A stretch of 64,000 nucleotides of DNA from Moniliella sp. 'wahieum' (taxonomy: Eukaryota): the NCBI GenBank assembly GCA_003971905.1, contig RSEE01000030.1:186001-250000 (forward strand), in the 5' to 3' direction. Below the pieces are notes generated by a model. That model was not told the origin of the DNA. It did no database searches and worked only from the letters and a program-made list of their open reading frames with translations. Both the position numbers and the translations under genes were made by a program. Numbering within the stretch: the stretch's first letter is position 1; the number at the start of each line of letters is the position of its first letter. This document shows positions 36,246 to 48,746 of this stretch, in pieces.

Positions 36246-37697
36246 TTCCCAAAAGCATCTTCCCAGCAAGCACAGTATGACCTCGCATATCGATCTCTCC
36301 TCTTTCCTCTCCCCTACGCTACCCTCACCACTTTTTCATTCCATTCTTTTCTTGTGCGGTCGGAACGCGGTCGCCCTTGCAAAGTCCCTTTCCAAACACC
36401 CACCACTTGTCTCCGTCTCGACGCGTGCATGCCCTACCAGCACGCACGCATACCACTCGCCTTTGATCCAACGATCTGGACGCTTCTTCGTCTCTCTTCT
36501 TCCCCTTGGCCATGGTCCTTCCCTCTACCCCGCCTCGCGGCGGGAACGAGAAGGCCCATATCCTCTTTAACCCCCCCCGCCCTTTCCTCTCTTCCCTCCC
36601 CACCCCTCGCCCTTTCCCTCCTTCCGGTTTATCATTGGTGCCTCCCACGGTCCTACTGGCACCGCCCAGCCAGGCTCGCAAAGGTACGACTACGAGGCCT
36701 TCACCCCTCTCCTACTCTCCTGCCTTTGATCTTCTTTCCGCGACCTGTCGTGCCCGGATGCTACCTCCCCCCCCCCCCTCAAACGCCCTGCTCACCCCCC
36801 CCATCCCAACCCAACCCAAAAGCATATTACAAACATATATTATTTCCACCATCGCTGCCTTGCTTCTCATCGACGTTAGATCTCCCACCATGTCGTTCCC
36901 CTTGAGCACCCGGGGCAGGGGAGGGTCAATGTTTTCTGAATGTCTCTCCCCTCAGTGATGAGGCTCGTCAGGCAAGGCCCAGGGTCCAACGAGACCATTC
37001 GGGTGGGCGGGGGTGGACCGGGGTGGGCAACGCTGTGGGGAACCGTGGGGCGCCCCATTTCACCCTCAACTACCTCAAACCACCAGCTGCGTAGTTCTTG
37101 CTATTCGTACGAGGCCCAATTGGATCCGCCCGGTCAGTCCGTGACCAACAATCGACATAACCAATCGTGGTCGGGCAGGCCGGTCGGGCGGTCGGTCAAA
37201 AGCCCCTCATGCCGTGAACGCGTGAGCTCTCAGGGTTACCTCCTTTCTCCTCCACCAGAGCGATTGGGATCGATGGAGAGGGAGATGGGGCGGAAGAGAG
37301 AATGCGGGCCATGCAAATAAGGCCTACGGTCGACTAGCTTGCTAGTGACTCTACTAGTAGTGACTACACAGGGTGAAACGCGCGGGGTTGGATCGTTGGA
37401 CTTGAATGCCATTGGTGCCTGATGCGCTCTCGCTGCCCGTTCACATTTCTAACCACACAGGCGTTCTACAGCCCACGCGCGTCCAACCACGAGAGAGCAA
37501 ACGGTTCTTCGGAACGTGAACGTATACAAGCCTAGGGAATCTAGAGAGAGAAGGGGTGGAGCCTGGGGGGGGAGCCTGGGGGGGTAATGTGGAGGTGACC
37601 GGGACCCGGTAGCGATACAGGAACCCTTGCGACACAGGCATAGTAATAGGAATGAAATGGTCGACCAAAGGAAAAAAAGGGGGGGGGAAACAGGGTC

Positions 37698-39154
37698 TTA
37701 ATCAAAGTGCATCTCACCACGGTACATGAAATGCCACCACTGCCGTTCCCACTGGAACGAGGCACGGACGTACCCGTACGCCCACCCCGTCTGGGCGAGA
37801 AGGACGAGGAAGATCAGCCCCCAAACCGGGCCCCAGGTGTACTGTGCCTTGTCGACAAAACTCCACTTGGGCTGGTTTTGAATGGCCAAGACGAGCGCCA
37901 AGCTCAGTGGGAACAAGAGCAGGAGAGGGAACGCGAGCACCCAGGAGATGGTGGTCACCATGTGGCGGAACGGGGGACTGGCGTGCCAGCGCTGGTCGAA
38001 CCGATCGCGAAAGGCTTGGCGCCCCCGCCATCGACGGCGGTCAGGTCAGGCCAGAGGTAGGCGACAGCAGGAAGAAACGGAGTGGAAGCCGCATGGCCGG
38101 ATAAGGTAACGGGGCTACGAACGTTGCAGTGAGCCAGCATGGTGGGCACCAGCATCGCTGCGCCAATCAAAGCAAAAATGGCGGGAGGGCTAAGCGCCAT
38201 CAAAGGCCAATTGCCATAGTTGCCATTGAGACAGGTGCCAAGGACGAGAGTGATGGAGCCAAGGATGATGCCGCCCAGAAAGGACCATTGGAACACGTCC
38301 CAGCACTGAATCGACCGCTTGCTTTGACACAGCACTGCAGCCCATCGAGTTTCGTTGGTGTGGTGCACAGCAGTGACAAACGCGCCATTTTTCTTGTAAC
38401 AATCCCACCAACGCCAGAACCATTGAGGAATTCTAGCCCCAACAGAGGCCAAAATGCAAATGGACTCAGGTTAGTACGACAAGACTCACGACCTCTTGGA
38501 GAGAGAGAGAGAGGAGGGAGGGTAAGGCTGCGTACTGAAGCGTCCCCAAAGTAGCCATCGTGGCCCCATAGAGCACTATACCCTCGTTCACAGAAACACC
38601 CAAAAATAGGATCAGACAACAGTAGACCTCTTTTGCTCGTCCCTGGCACAGTGCCAACCCGACGTACCGCTATGATCCCCGTCTCGGATCCTCTTCGTGT
38701 CGCTGTAGTGCAAAAGAACGTAAAGACCACAATCGGAACCACAGCATTGAACGTGACCAGTGCGACCACTTGTGGTATATTTTCAGATACATATATGGAG
38801 CGCAGAGAAGAGATGAGAGAAAAAGTGGGCGAACATGCACGCACACATGCCGCTCTTTGTGTCAGTATACCCTGAGCGGTAGCCCTTCTTTGGGCAGGAA
38901 GAGGACGAACTGTTTAATGTAAACGAAACGCGCCGTGCGCCCCAATCGTACTCGAGGCTAGGAGGACAGGGAGCATTCAGGCTGGCCTCCTCGTCCTGGC
39001 TGGCCTCAGGCTTCAACCCACGCCCGGCGAGCCGAACGGAGGAGGTCTGCTTCCATCCCCCGCTGTCCCAACTGAGAGGTGGTTGGTCACGGGGGGTTGA
39101 GCTGGCGCAGTCGTGCGCCGAGTGCGTCTCGCCAGGGAGGGAGAGGAGGGACAT
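37698..39154 (-). CDS. Uncharacterised multi-pass membrane protein
   Basis: Successive frameshifted ORFs carry hydrophobic helices: VVALVTFNAVVPIVVFTFF, FLGGIILGSITLVLG, AIFALIGAAMLV, WVLAFPLLLLFPLSLALVLAI, VWGLIFLVLLA. No family recognised. Confidence 0.6.
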
Positions 39155-39974
39155 GATGGCGTCTATGCTTACAGTGCAGTGGGGTGGTGGTGGAGGGGCG
39201 GGAATGGGAACAGAGGCGCGTGCTAAGGAGAGGGCGATGTGGCTCGTGCTTTGTGCACACGAGAGAAGGCGACCAGAGGCGGAAGGGAGCAATGGTCCCC
39301 AAGCCGAAGACAGGAAGGGCCGCGCGGGGAAGAGTAGAAACTGGCCAAAAGGATGGTGGCGGGCGTGAGGAAAGGAGAAGAAGGTAGAATGCTGGGTGGG
39401 GACGGGCAGTATGCTTCCCTGCCTGGCCTGGGGGCTGTGCATGGCATGCTGGATGCTCTGCGACACAAGACGCAGTGGAGGCCGTGTGTGTTGCCCCCGT
39501 TCCCAGCGTAGAAGAGTACTGATGCTTGCTTCGGCAATCTGAGCCGCGAGCCCAAAGTGAAACCAGCGCACAAACAACAAGCGTGCCTGCTGTGCTGTAG
39601 AGCGCACAAGGGCAGAGAACACTGGCCCTACAGCACTCCCTTGCGCTTGTTTGCCCCAGCCTAATCCGCAGAGGACTAGCAGAGCCAGATCATCGATCGG
39701 GATCGACCTACTCCCTATCGTCGTTGCTCCTGGTTGTGACCCGTGGCGAGCGGCTGGTACCCCCGGCTGCTATTATAGAGAGCATCGGCGTCAAAAGCAG
39801 ATCGGCTGGTAACACAACAGTAATGAAGATCATGGCATTCCAGGTGGCCCTTTGGTGTTTTCCGCAGCGCGCAAGGAGAGCATCATCATCCGAGAGACAT
39901 AGCAACCATTGCCCGTCGCTGGGTACAACAACAGCAGCACACGGGGAGGGCGGTAAGAAGGAGAGCGGGCATGG

Positions 39975-42786
39975 TTAGGACCAAGACGCATCGCCACGGG
40001 CAATGTTGTCCAGAAAGAGGTCCATCCGGGCCAGCTTGGTAAAGGCGGCGGGGCCACCCAAGCGCATAAACTCAGCGGGCATGTGGACCGAGAAGTGGAG
40101 CTGGCTCTCACCAGGCTCCTCGTCCCTGCGCCATCGCCCCCTTGACTCTGGGGCCGAACCAAGCGGAGCGGTCGCAAGGGAACGCTGAGGCCTCCCTCCC
40201 TCTTCCTCGCCCCCCTGCAGTCCAAGCGACGCACACACCGCTTCGAGCAGCACGCGCCACTTGATGGCTCGCCCCCCTCAGTTCCCCCATGCGCGCTTCG
40301 AGATCGGTCCGAACCGCCCGCGAGGGCGGATCCAACAGATCGCCGCGCCGAAGGCGTTGCATAAACGACGACTCCATGTCCCACGGAGGCGCACGGTCCC
40401 ATCCAAAGTTTTGTCGGATGCCCTCAATGAGTTCGCCACCAAAGGCACCCATCCTGGTCGCATTCAAGCGCTCGGCGCCGCCCCCATTCCCGAATCCGTC
40501 GGACCAGGAACCAGGAGAGGCAGCAATTGGGAACGGCGCCCCCCCACCCAAATGTTCACTGGACAGGTCCAATGTCTCGTCCGTCCAGACATCTTTGTGC
40601 TCAATGGGCCAGCCGCCATTGGCATCTTCCCGACTTGTACTGGGTACGGGTCTACCCTGCTTGAAGGAACGGGGCGAGCGTGGTGACCGGACCACGCCTG
40701 CCATGGCGCGGCGGCGTTGAGCTTCGGTCATACGGACTCCTTTAGGGACGGGCCCCACTACTTTCGCTGTTGCCCAGGGGGAGGAAAGCGAGGGAGGGGA
40801 GGAAGGGGAGCCCAGAGTGTCCCGGGCAGAGGCCGACCGGTGTGGGCGAGGCGGAGTAGGGCGTTGGCGATCCCGACCCGCTCTTGGCCGTTTCGGGTGG
40901 GGGGCTTCCGGCGTAATACCGCTTTTGGAGCAAAGCACGCGCTTGCGCCTCGCGGTTCCATTCTTCTTTAGTAGCCCAGGAAATGTGGAGACGGGCAAAT
41001 TCGCCTACCCCCCATTCTGCCAGCAAAGCCTCGGCCAAAGCATCTCGTTTCTCCAGGGGTTCATGCGGGGTCTGGGAGAAGATTCGGTCCGCGGCTAGTT
41101 CTTGGACAAAGACCCGGAGCTGCGATGCCGTCGTCTCCACTGGCCTGAGAGCGAAGCGTCGGGTAGAGTACCGAATGTGCGTTGCTCCTCTGCTCACCTC
41201 TCGCTGGGACACAAGCGGTGCCGCTCGGCCGACTCGGCACCTTGCTCTTGGCTTCGTAAGGCAGAGAGAACATGCCAAGTAACTGTGCGGCGAGACCGAC
41301 CCAGCTCGTAGTGCGTCCAGTCTTGCGATCGGGATGGACATACCAGACATGGGACTGTGTGGGTCAAGCCCAATAAGATGGACCTTGGTAAGCCGCTGGC
41401 GGATGCCGGTCAGCTGGAACTGCGGCCACACCTCCAACGCCGCTTCGGCAGGATCCAGTGTACGAGCTCGGACCGGCCAGAGCCCCGCAGATGAGGCGGG
41501 AGGCAATTCGGACCTGGCCTCGGCCTCGGTCTCAAGTACTGCCTCCATCTTGGCACGCGCCGCCTCCCTGGGCTTCAACCGAACTGGACGTGCTCCACAA
41601 TGGCTGTGGATCAAATCGTACAAGGGTTCTTCCGTTCCATCGTACACTGCCGTCAACTCTGAAGGAGTCAAGGTCGGGTGGGAAAACGTTGGGGAGAAAA
41701 GTTGCAACTCGGCCGCACCGAGAGAGAGCGCTCGAGGAGGGGAGGTGCTCCAAGAGATGTGCGAGCGAGCGACCATGCCGCGCGGGCAGCTGGTGCATTT
41801 TTTGGATCAGATGCCAAGGTGCCCCATGCTCTTCGAGAATACTGCTCAAGATGGCGGCAATCCGTTGTCGTCGCTCATCCAGCTGATCCACGAGTTGAAA
41901 CAGGTCTGGCCCACCATCGAGCGCGGGCTCAAAGGCACCTTCCTCGGCGTCATCGGCGTCGTATCCGCGAGCAAGCATGCGGCTGGGAGGGGGGGAGAAG
42001 GATGGCGAGGGCGAGAAAGACGGCGGGTCGCTGATGGACTCCCGGGCAATATCGATGAACAAATTCTCAACGACAGGGCCCAACGGTTTGTGGTCCCCCT
42101 TCCAACTGTCCTCCTGACGCTCGGTATCATGAGTCGGGGAGGGGTGGGTGGAGGCAGTGGATAATGGGAGTCACAGTAAGCTAGATGACTGTGGTTCGGG
42201 GTTCGCGAGTGTCGGACTGGCCCACTGGTTTGAGGTGGGGTGCACCCAAACCGGGTCTCTAGTAGTCGTTTGGCCTCAGCGGAACGGCATGGCGGCCGGC
42301 AGAACAGGGTGGGGCGTGGCGTGGGTGGACGAAATGGGTGCACCAACGTCTTCGAGAGCAGAAGTGACCTCGTCAATGCATGTGGTGAGCACGTCGGCGA
42401 ATGTGGGAGGCAAATGCCAGTCAGCCAAGATGGGGACGAGCTGCTCATGCTCGATGCGGGCCCAAAAGGACTGGAGGGCGAGGGGGGTGGTGAGGATGTG
42501 GGTCTTGCGACGTTCGGTGGCGAGAAGGTTGTACACGCCCCGTGACACGCATGACAGTACGCACCCGGTCCGCGCATCGATCCGGGCGGCGCAGAGAAAT
42601 ATGTCGCACACCACGTCGGCTGATAGCCTGAGCGGGCGCAGCGGGGGATGGATGTCGGGGGCGTCGAGCGCAATGCGCGATGGGCGCAGCGGGTGGCTCG
42701 GGCGCCATCAACCCGTCGTCGGCGGTGCCGGGATGGCATGGGCACAGATATGGGCGCGTGTATGGGGTCGACGTGGAGGGGGACAT
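39975..42786 (-). CDS. Uncharacterised protein, possible N-terminal F-box-like motif
   Basis: Chain of overlapping minus-strand ORFs with protein-like composition (42276-42614, 41532-42083, 40742-41776, 40108-40998, 39975-40253). PDVVCDIFLCAA...LSCVSRGVYNL loosely resembles an F-box. Confidence 0.45.
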
Positions 42787-43314
42787 GGGCTTCAATGGAG
42801 CCGGGGTGGGTGGACGGGTGGGAGCAGGGGAGGCCTGAATCAGGGGCTCAAGCGAGCCAGCACTGGCACAAAAAAATCTCCAAATCGATCGTGGCGCGCT
42901 GCTCTAATCAAATTGATCAGGCGTGCTATCTCTCTCATTGGCCTGCCTGATGGAATGGCGCACAACGCCGGCGTCATGTGATGTGGGTGACGTCACTCGT
43001 CACGTGCTACCCAGCGGATACCCGATTCCCAGCTCGCATTCTGTCTCCCTGTCCTACTCGCCTCGAATGATCTCCAACGAAGCGGCAGACCCACTCAACA
43101 CGCCGCTACGCAAATTTCGCTCTCTGCCATGGGCACGGGCAAAGAAGACACTAAGGAACGGAACACACTCAACTCTGGAACGAGACCACAACTATAGTCC
43201 ATGCAGCACTGTACGGATAGAGCCAACGGGACCGCCATTGTTTTCGATTTATCACACCGTCACAGAGACATGCACGAGGAAAGATACGGACGAACACGGC
43301 CAAGGAGACGTGGT

Positions 43315-46300
43315 TACTATGCAATGTGCCAGGAATGACCTTGGGCGGGGGCACAGGCGAGTAGCCTTCCGTGTTGACATTGTCGTAGAACTCGGCGCCC
43401 GACGTGGTGGGTGCAATGACGCCCGAGCGGATGACCCAGTCGCCAAACGGCTCTCCCTCGAGGCGCTCAGCAGCATACCGCTTCACCAACGGCTCGAGCT
43501 CCTTGAGGATCTGCTCCTCGCCCACGCCATCGCGGAAGATCTTGGACAGACGTTGGCCTGCATGCCCTCCTCCCAGAAGCATCAGGTACGATCCCGGTGC
43601 CTTGCCCACAAACCCAATTTCCGCCAGCCAAGGACGAGAGCAACCGTTAGCGCATCCACTCATTCGCATCACCACCTCGTCGTCCCGCAGCCCAGCCGCA
43701 ACAAACAGCCGCTCCACCTTCTCAACAAGGATGGGCAGGTACCGTTCTGACTCGGCCATGGCCAGGCCGCACGTGGGGAAGGCGACGCAGGCCGAGGCGC
43801 TGCGCTGGATGCCCGACAAGTTCCAATTGTCCATCTTGTACTTGCGCAGGTGCTCCTCCACCTTGGGCTTATCCTCCTCAGCCACGTCCGAGACAATGAT
43901 GTGCTGGTTGGGGGTCATGCGGAAGGTACCCTTGTGCCACTTGGCCAGCTCGCGCAGCCCTGTGCGGAAGGGCGACTCGGGCGTATCCTTCACCCGCCCA
44001 TTCTCGAGCCACAGACCACAGTGCCATTGACCACGATGGTCCTTAATCCACCCGTACTGGTCCGTGTTGCACTCAAACTTGTACGGGCGCGCAGGCGCCA
44101 GCTTCCATCCCAACCGCTTCTCAATCTCGTCCCGGAACTTATCCGCTCCACCAAAGTGCTTGTCAATCGTGTACTTGAGCCGCGCTTGCTTCCGGTTGGC
44201 ACGGTTGCCCGTGTCCCGCTGGGTAAGCATCACGGTACGCACCGCGTCGAGAGTTTGCTCGGGCGTGACAAAGCCAATCACCGTTCCCGTCCGAGGGTAG
44301 GTGGCCTTCATCGAGTGGGTTACCCCCATCCCACCTCCAACAGACAGGTTAAACCCAAGTAGACGCTTTGTCGCCGGGTCAGCAATTGCAATCAGCCCCA
44401 CGTCGTGCGCAAAGCATCGACATCGTTGCGCGGCGGCACGGCAATGGCAATCTTGAACTTGCGCGGCAAATAGTACGGCCCATAGAGCGGCTCATAGTCC
44501 TGCAACGCCCCACCAACCAAGAGTTGGTTCTTGCTGTCGGTACCCTTGTCAAGCCAAATTTCGTGGTAGGCGTTCAGCCGGGGCAACAGATGGTCCGACA
44601 GGCGCTTGCTAAAGTCAAACACATCCTCATGCAACTCCGAAAGCTGGGGCAGAGGCGAGGCCATCACGTTGCGGTTCACATCCCCACAGGCGGCAATGGT
44701 GTCGAGCAAGGTCTTGTTGATGGCTTGCATAGCGCTCTTGAGATTGCTCTTGACCACATAGTGGTACTGGATCGTTTGCCGCGTCGTGATCTTGAGAGTG
44801 CGGTTGCCATAATCGTCCGCGATCTGATCCAAGGCCAGCCACTGGGCCGGTGTGGCAACCCCGCCCGGGATGCGGCAACGGATCATAAAACTGTACGCAG
44901 GCTCGAGCCCAGCAGCTTTGCGGTCCTCAGCGTGTCTCGGTCGTACTGCATGTACGTGCCATGGAACTTGGTCAGTTGCGTGTCGCTCTCGGCAATCGCC
45001 CCCGTCGACTTGTCGGCCAGACCCTCGACAATCGTCCCACGGAGGTAGTTGGAGGCAATTTTGATGTTCTCGTTGGTAATCGGCTCAGGTTCCGGCTCGG
45101 TAACCTGGATGTGGTCCACACCGAGAGCCTTCCACACGAGCGGCTCCCAGGCCTTGTACCCCGTCTGCCAACCGTCAGCATCTTGGTCGTCACCCAGCCC
45201 CAACTCGACCAGGGGCTCGGCTCCCAGGGCGGCCAGACGCGCAGCCAAATCTTTAGAAGGCTTGTTGTAGTAGCCCGCATCTTCCGGCCGTGGCCAGTAG
45301 TGGCTGTCGCCCAAGCCAAACACGCCCACCTTGACGGTGCTAAGTGCCCGGAGCGAGCTTGGCCAGCGTCTTCCAGTGTCCCTTCCGTTCTGGGGGAACT
45401 CGCCCTGGCCAGCTGTGGAGGTCACAAAGAGCACGTTCTCCTCTTGCGCCAGTTCGTCCGAAATGGGGAAATCGTCCATCGCCAACACACGTGTCGCGAC
45501 CCCCGAGCTTGGGCGCGCTGGCCCAGTTTCTTCGCCACCTTCTCAGCCGTGCCAGAATCGGAAGCAAAGAGGATGAGAAGCGGAGGCCCGTCGAGGGACG
45601 ACAGCAGGTCCGCATACGCCTGCTTGGCCTTGCGCTTTTGGGCGGCTCGCAACCCGGCACCTTGGGAGGCGACCAGGTCGTAGGCCAGGGCCGGCTGCGC
45701 GTTCGCAAGGTAAGACAACTGGTTGTTGCGGTCGAGAAACTGCTTAAGCTGTTCGCGCAAACGTGCACTGTCGAGGTGGAACACCTCACGGTTTTGGGCC
45801 TCGGCGCTAGGGTCCCAACGGAACAACGGCCAATAGCCGCTGTCTACGGCCAGCTTGGTTTCCTTGAGCACCTCGAGCGCTGCTGCCTCCTGGGTGCGGA
45901 AGGGAACGTAGGCCAAAACGATGGAAGGGCCATCGAACGCATCCGCCCCGGATCGCGTGAAGGACTTGGGTGTAGTCTGAGTAGACCGCCGTGGAGGCGA
46001 CATACACCCCACCGTAATTCATGGCGTAAAGGCCGATGTCCTTTTTCCGTTTCTCGGGTACGACCGCGTCACGCTCGGTGTAAGGAAGCGTGTCAAAGAG
46101 CATGTTGACCTTCTTCCGGACGAGATGACGCTGTGCACGCCCCCCATGCCGGCATCGTACGCCCACGCATCGCTTCCTACGATCCAACGCGACTTGTCCT
46201 CCACACTGGGCAACGTAGCTAGCAGCGCACTGAGTTCGGGAGACAAGGTGGACTCTTGCGCCAAAGAGGAGGCCAGTTCCTGGGCTGCTGCCGCCGATGT

Positions 46301-47606
46301 AGCCGAGTCTCCTTGCACCAACTGGGTGGCCAGCTCTTGCACCTTGGCGGGGAGCGATTGGGACCGAAGCACGGCCTGAGCAGCTGTAATGGCCGCGTCA
46401 CGCTTCTCTAGCTGGGCCAGAACTTGCCCAAAGGCATATTCGGGCGACCGAGCTGCAGGGTGGGGGTCAGACTCGTTCGCAGGTGAGTTGATGACGCTGA
46501 GGCGAGAGCCAAAGATTTGTTCGAGGATGAGCTGATACGCTTGCTCGTGTTTCGTGGGTGTGACCAAGGAAGAAACGGGCTTGGTACTGGCAGCCAAAGT
46601 GCCAAGAGAGAACGTTTTGGACCGGTTATTCAGCGGAGGCCAAGTCGGCAGCTGACGTCGTATCGAGTTCCTTCACAGTGCCAGCTAGCACAGGGGGGGT
46701 TGGCCTTGGTGCCGTGCACCGTGTGCAGAGCGGCCACTACGTCGGTAAAGACAGGACCAACCCGGTCGTGCGCCCAGCCGTTTTCTCCAATACTGCAACC
46801 AAACTCGCCTTTTGTAGCGCCTCCTCCACTTCCGACGCAAGAAGGTTCGGGCGGACGAGGTGAAGTTCAAGCGTGCTGGCGTCACCAGCAATCGAGGCCA
46901 CACTCGGACCAAGTGAAACGACCAAACGATCGTTGCCAGACTTGTAAGTGTATGGCTCGACCGAGTGGCCGACCAGGTCGGAAACATGAGCAAAGGCAGA
47001 CTGGAAGGCCGAGGTAACATCAACAGTCTTCACAGGCGCAGAGGTTGCAGCGACACCATTTCCATTAGCGCTTCCGTTGGCATGCCCATTGGCTTTCGGC
47101 AAGGTGGCCGGAAGAGCAAAGACAGAGGGCAAGTCTTGAGCTGTGACGGTTTCCAACTTGGCTTCGGTCACCACAGTCTCGTAGAAGTGGATGACGGACG
47201 TCTGGGAAGCAGCAGCAGCAGCGGAAGCAACGAGGGTGTGATCATACGCCTGCTGTGCCGTTGAGGAGTAGAGAAGGGCCAAGCCGGAGGAGCGGAGGGC
47301 CAGCACGTCGGCGTGCCCAGCGCCAGCGGGGAGACCGATGTGAAAGACGACAGGCACAGAAGCGAGCTGAGGGAGGTAAGGGAGAAGACGGAGCAGAGCG
47401 ACACGGTCGGCAGGCGCAACAACCGAGACTTTGCTTGCGCCAGGCGGGTGGGACTTGGTAGCCGTCAAGGCAGCGGCGCCAAGCTCAGCATGCAACGGCA
47501 GAGTTTCGACGGGTGCATTGGAGAATTGCGTGGCATCGACGACCGTTCCAGCGACGAGCACGGCCGAAGAAAGTACGTTGGCCAACTGGACAACAGGCGA
47601 GGACAT
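43315..47606 (-). CDS. MET5: Sulfite reductase (NADPH) beta/hemoprotein subunit; 3' end approximate
   Basis: PFOR-like region [13 protein letters not shown] and [18 protein letters not shown]. Flavodoxin [35 protein letters not shown]. SiR core [41 protein letters not shown]. Siroheme/4Fe-4S ligands [10 protein letters not shown] and [11 protein letters not shown]. Confidence 0.96.
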
Positions 47607-47608
47607 GG

Positions 47609-47681
47609 CTAGATCTTTGCAGGCGAAGTGGTAGTCAGCACAGGCAAGTCCATGGGATGTTCGTTGGGTAGAAACACTCAC
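47609..47681 (-). promoter_or_regulatory. Putative 5'-UTR intron of MET5
   Basis: Minus strand GTGAGT donor, GCTGAC branch point, and TAG acceptor ending 2 nt before the ATG. Confidence 0.6.
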
Positions 47682-48746
47682 TAAGCGCGAGAGCAGGGCC
47701 AAGTAAGAAAATGGGGCACGTGGGCTCTGGGGGCACCGAGAGCAGAGCAGAGCAAAGCAGAGCAGGGAAGGCCCCGAAGCGAGAAGGCGGTGGACGTGGG
47801 GGTCCTACTCCGAGCACGAAGGAGGGGGGGAGGGGGCGAGAGATGCGGGAAGTGGGCACACGCAGAGGAAGGGGAGGTGGTGGAAGGGGGCGGAGGAGAA
47901 GCAGGACTCCCGCCAAAGCAAAAAGATCCGCGGTGGTCAGATCCCGGCCAGATCTCAGACAGAAAGCACACAATTTCTGTCTGAGTTCTAACTGAGGATT
48001 GGTAATTGATTTATTCCGCCGCCGCACTATCGGACTAAAGCTACGAGAGGTCTGACAGATTAAAGTAGCGCGGAGAAGTGACCCGTGTCTGCCTAGCAGC
48101 CCCGCCCGGGATCCCGCATCCGTTCGCTAGGGGAGTCCGAGGCATGCGCTGCCGACCGCTCCACCACAGACAGGCGTGTCCACCGTCATGATACCAGCCA
48201 TCCAGGCGCATCCTCTTCATTCGTCCCATTGCGCCCTGACCTCGCCCGAGCAGTCCCGGCGGCCGCCGCCGAGTGGGCAATTAAAGAAACAGCACGGCGA
48301 AGTTGAGCCAAAAAAAAGTCGGTGGCCCGCGCTTGTGCGCCAGAGAAAGATGAAATTGCTGCCGCCGGACGCACGGCGAAAACCACACTAGCGCCGTGCC
48401 GGCGAGAGGGTGGTCACGCCATCGAGCAGCCCCATACGCCGGTTTATAGAAACCGAGCAATCTAGCCAAAGCCAGGCACCAAGCCGATGCCCCATCTCTC
48501 TGCATTGCCCGCGGTTCGGTGCTAGGTGGCCGGTGGTGCTTCCGGATTCTCTCTTCTGTCCCATCTGCCATGGGGCCTATCGGGGCGGGCGGGCCACCTG
48601 CGTATGCACAACGCCAAGTTTCCAGCGTTTCTGGTAACCGGTACCGGTAACCGCGGTAACCCCGCTATAACCCCGTTATAGTAGCCTTGTTCGGTGCACC
48701 TGTGTACACTGGCAAGCACTACGGAAAAGCAAGCGGGGTTCAACGT

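Noticed and set aside
43404..46108. Long plus-strand ORFs antisense to MET5
   Set aside because: Shadow ORFs of a GC3-rich gene with no independent coding signal.
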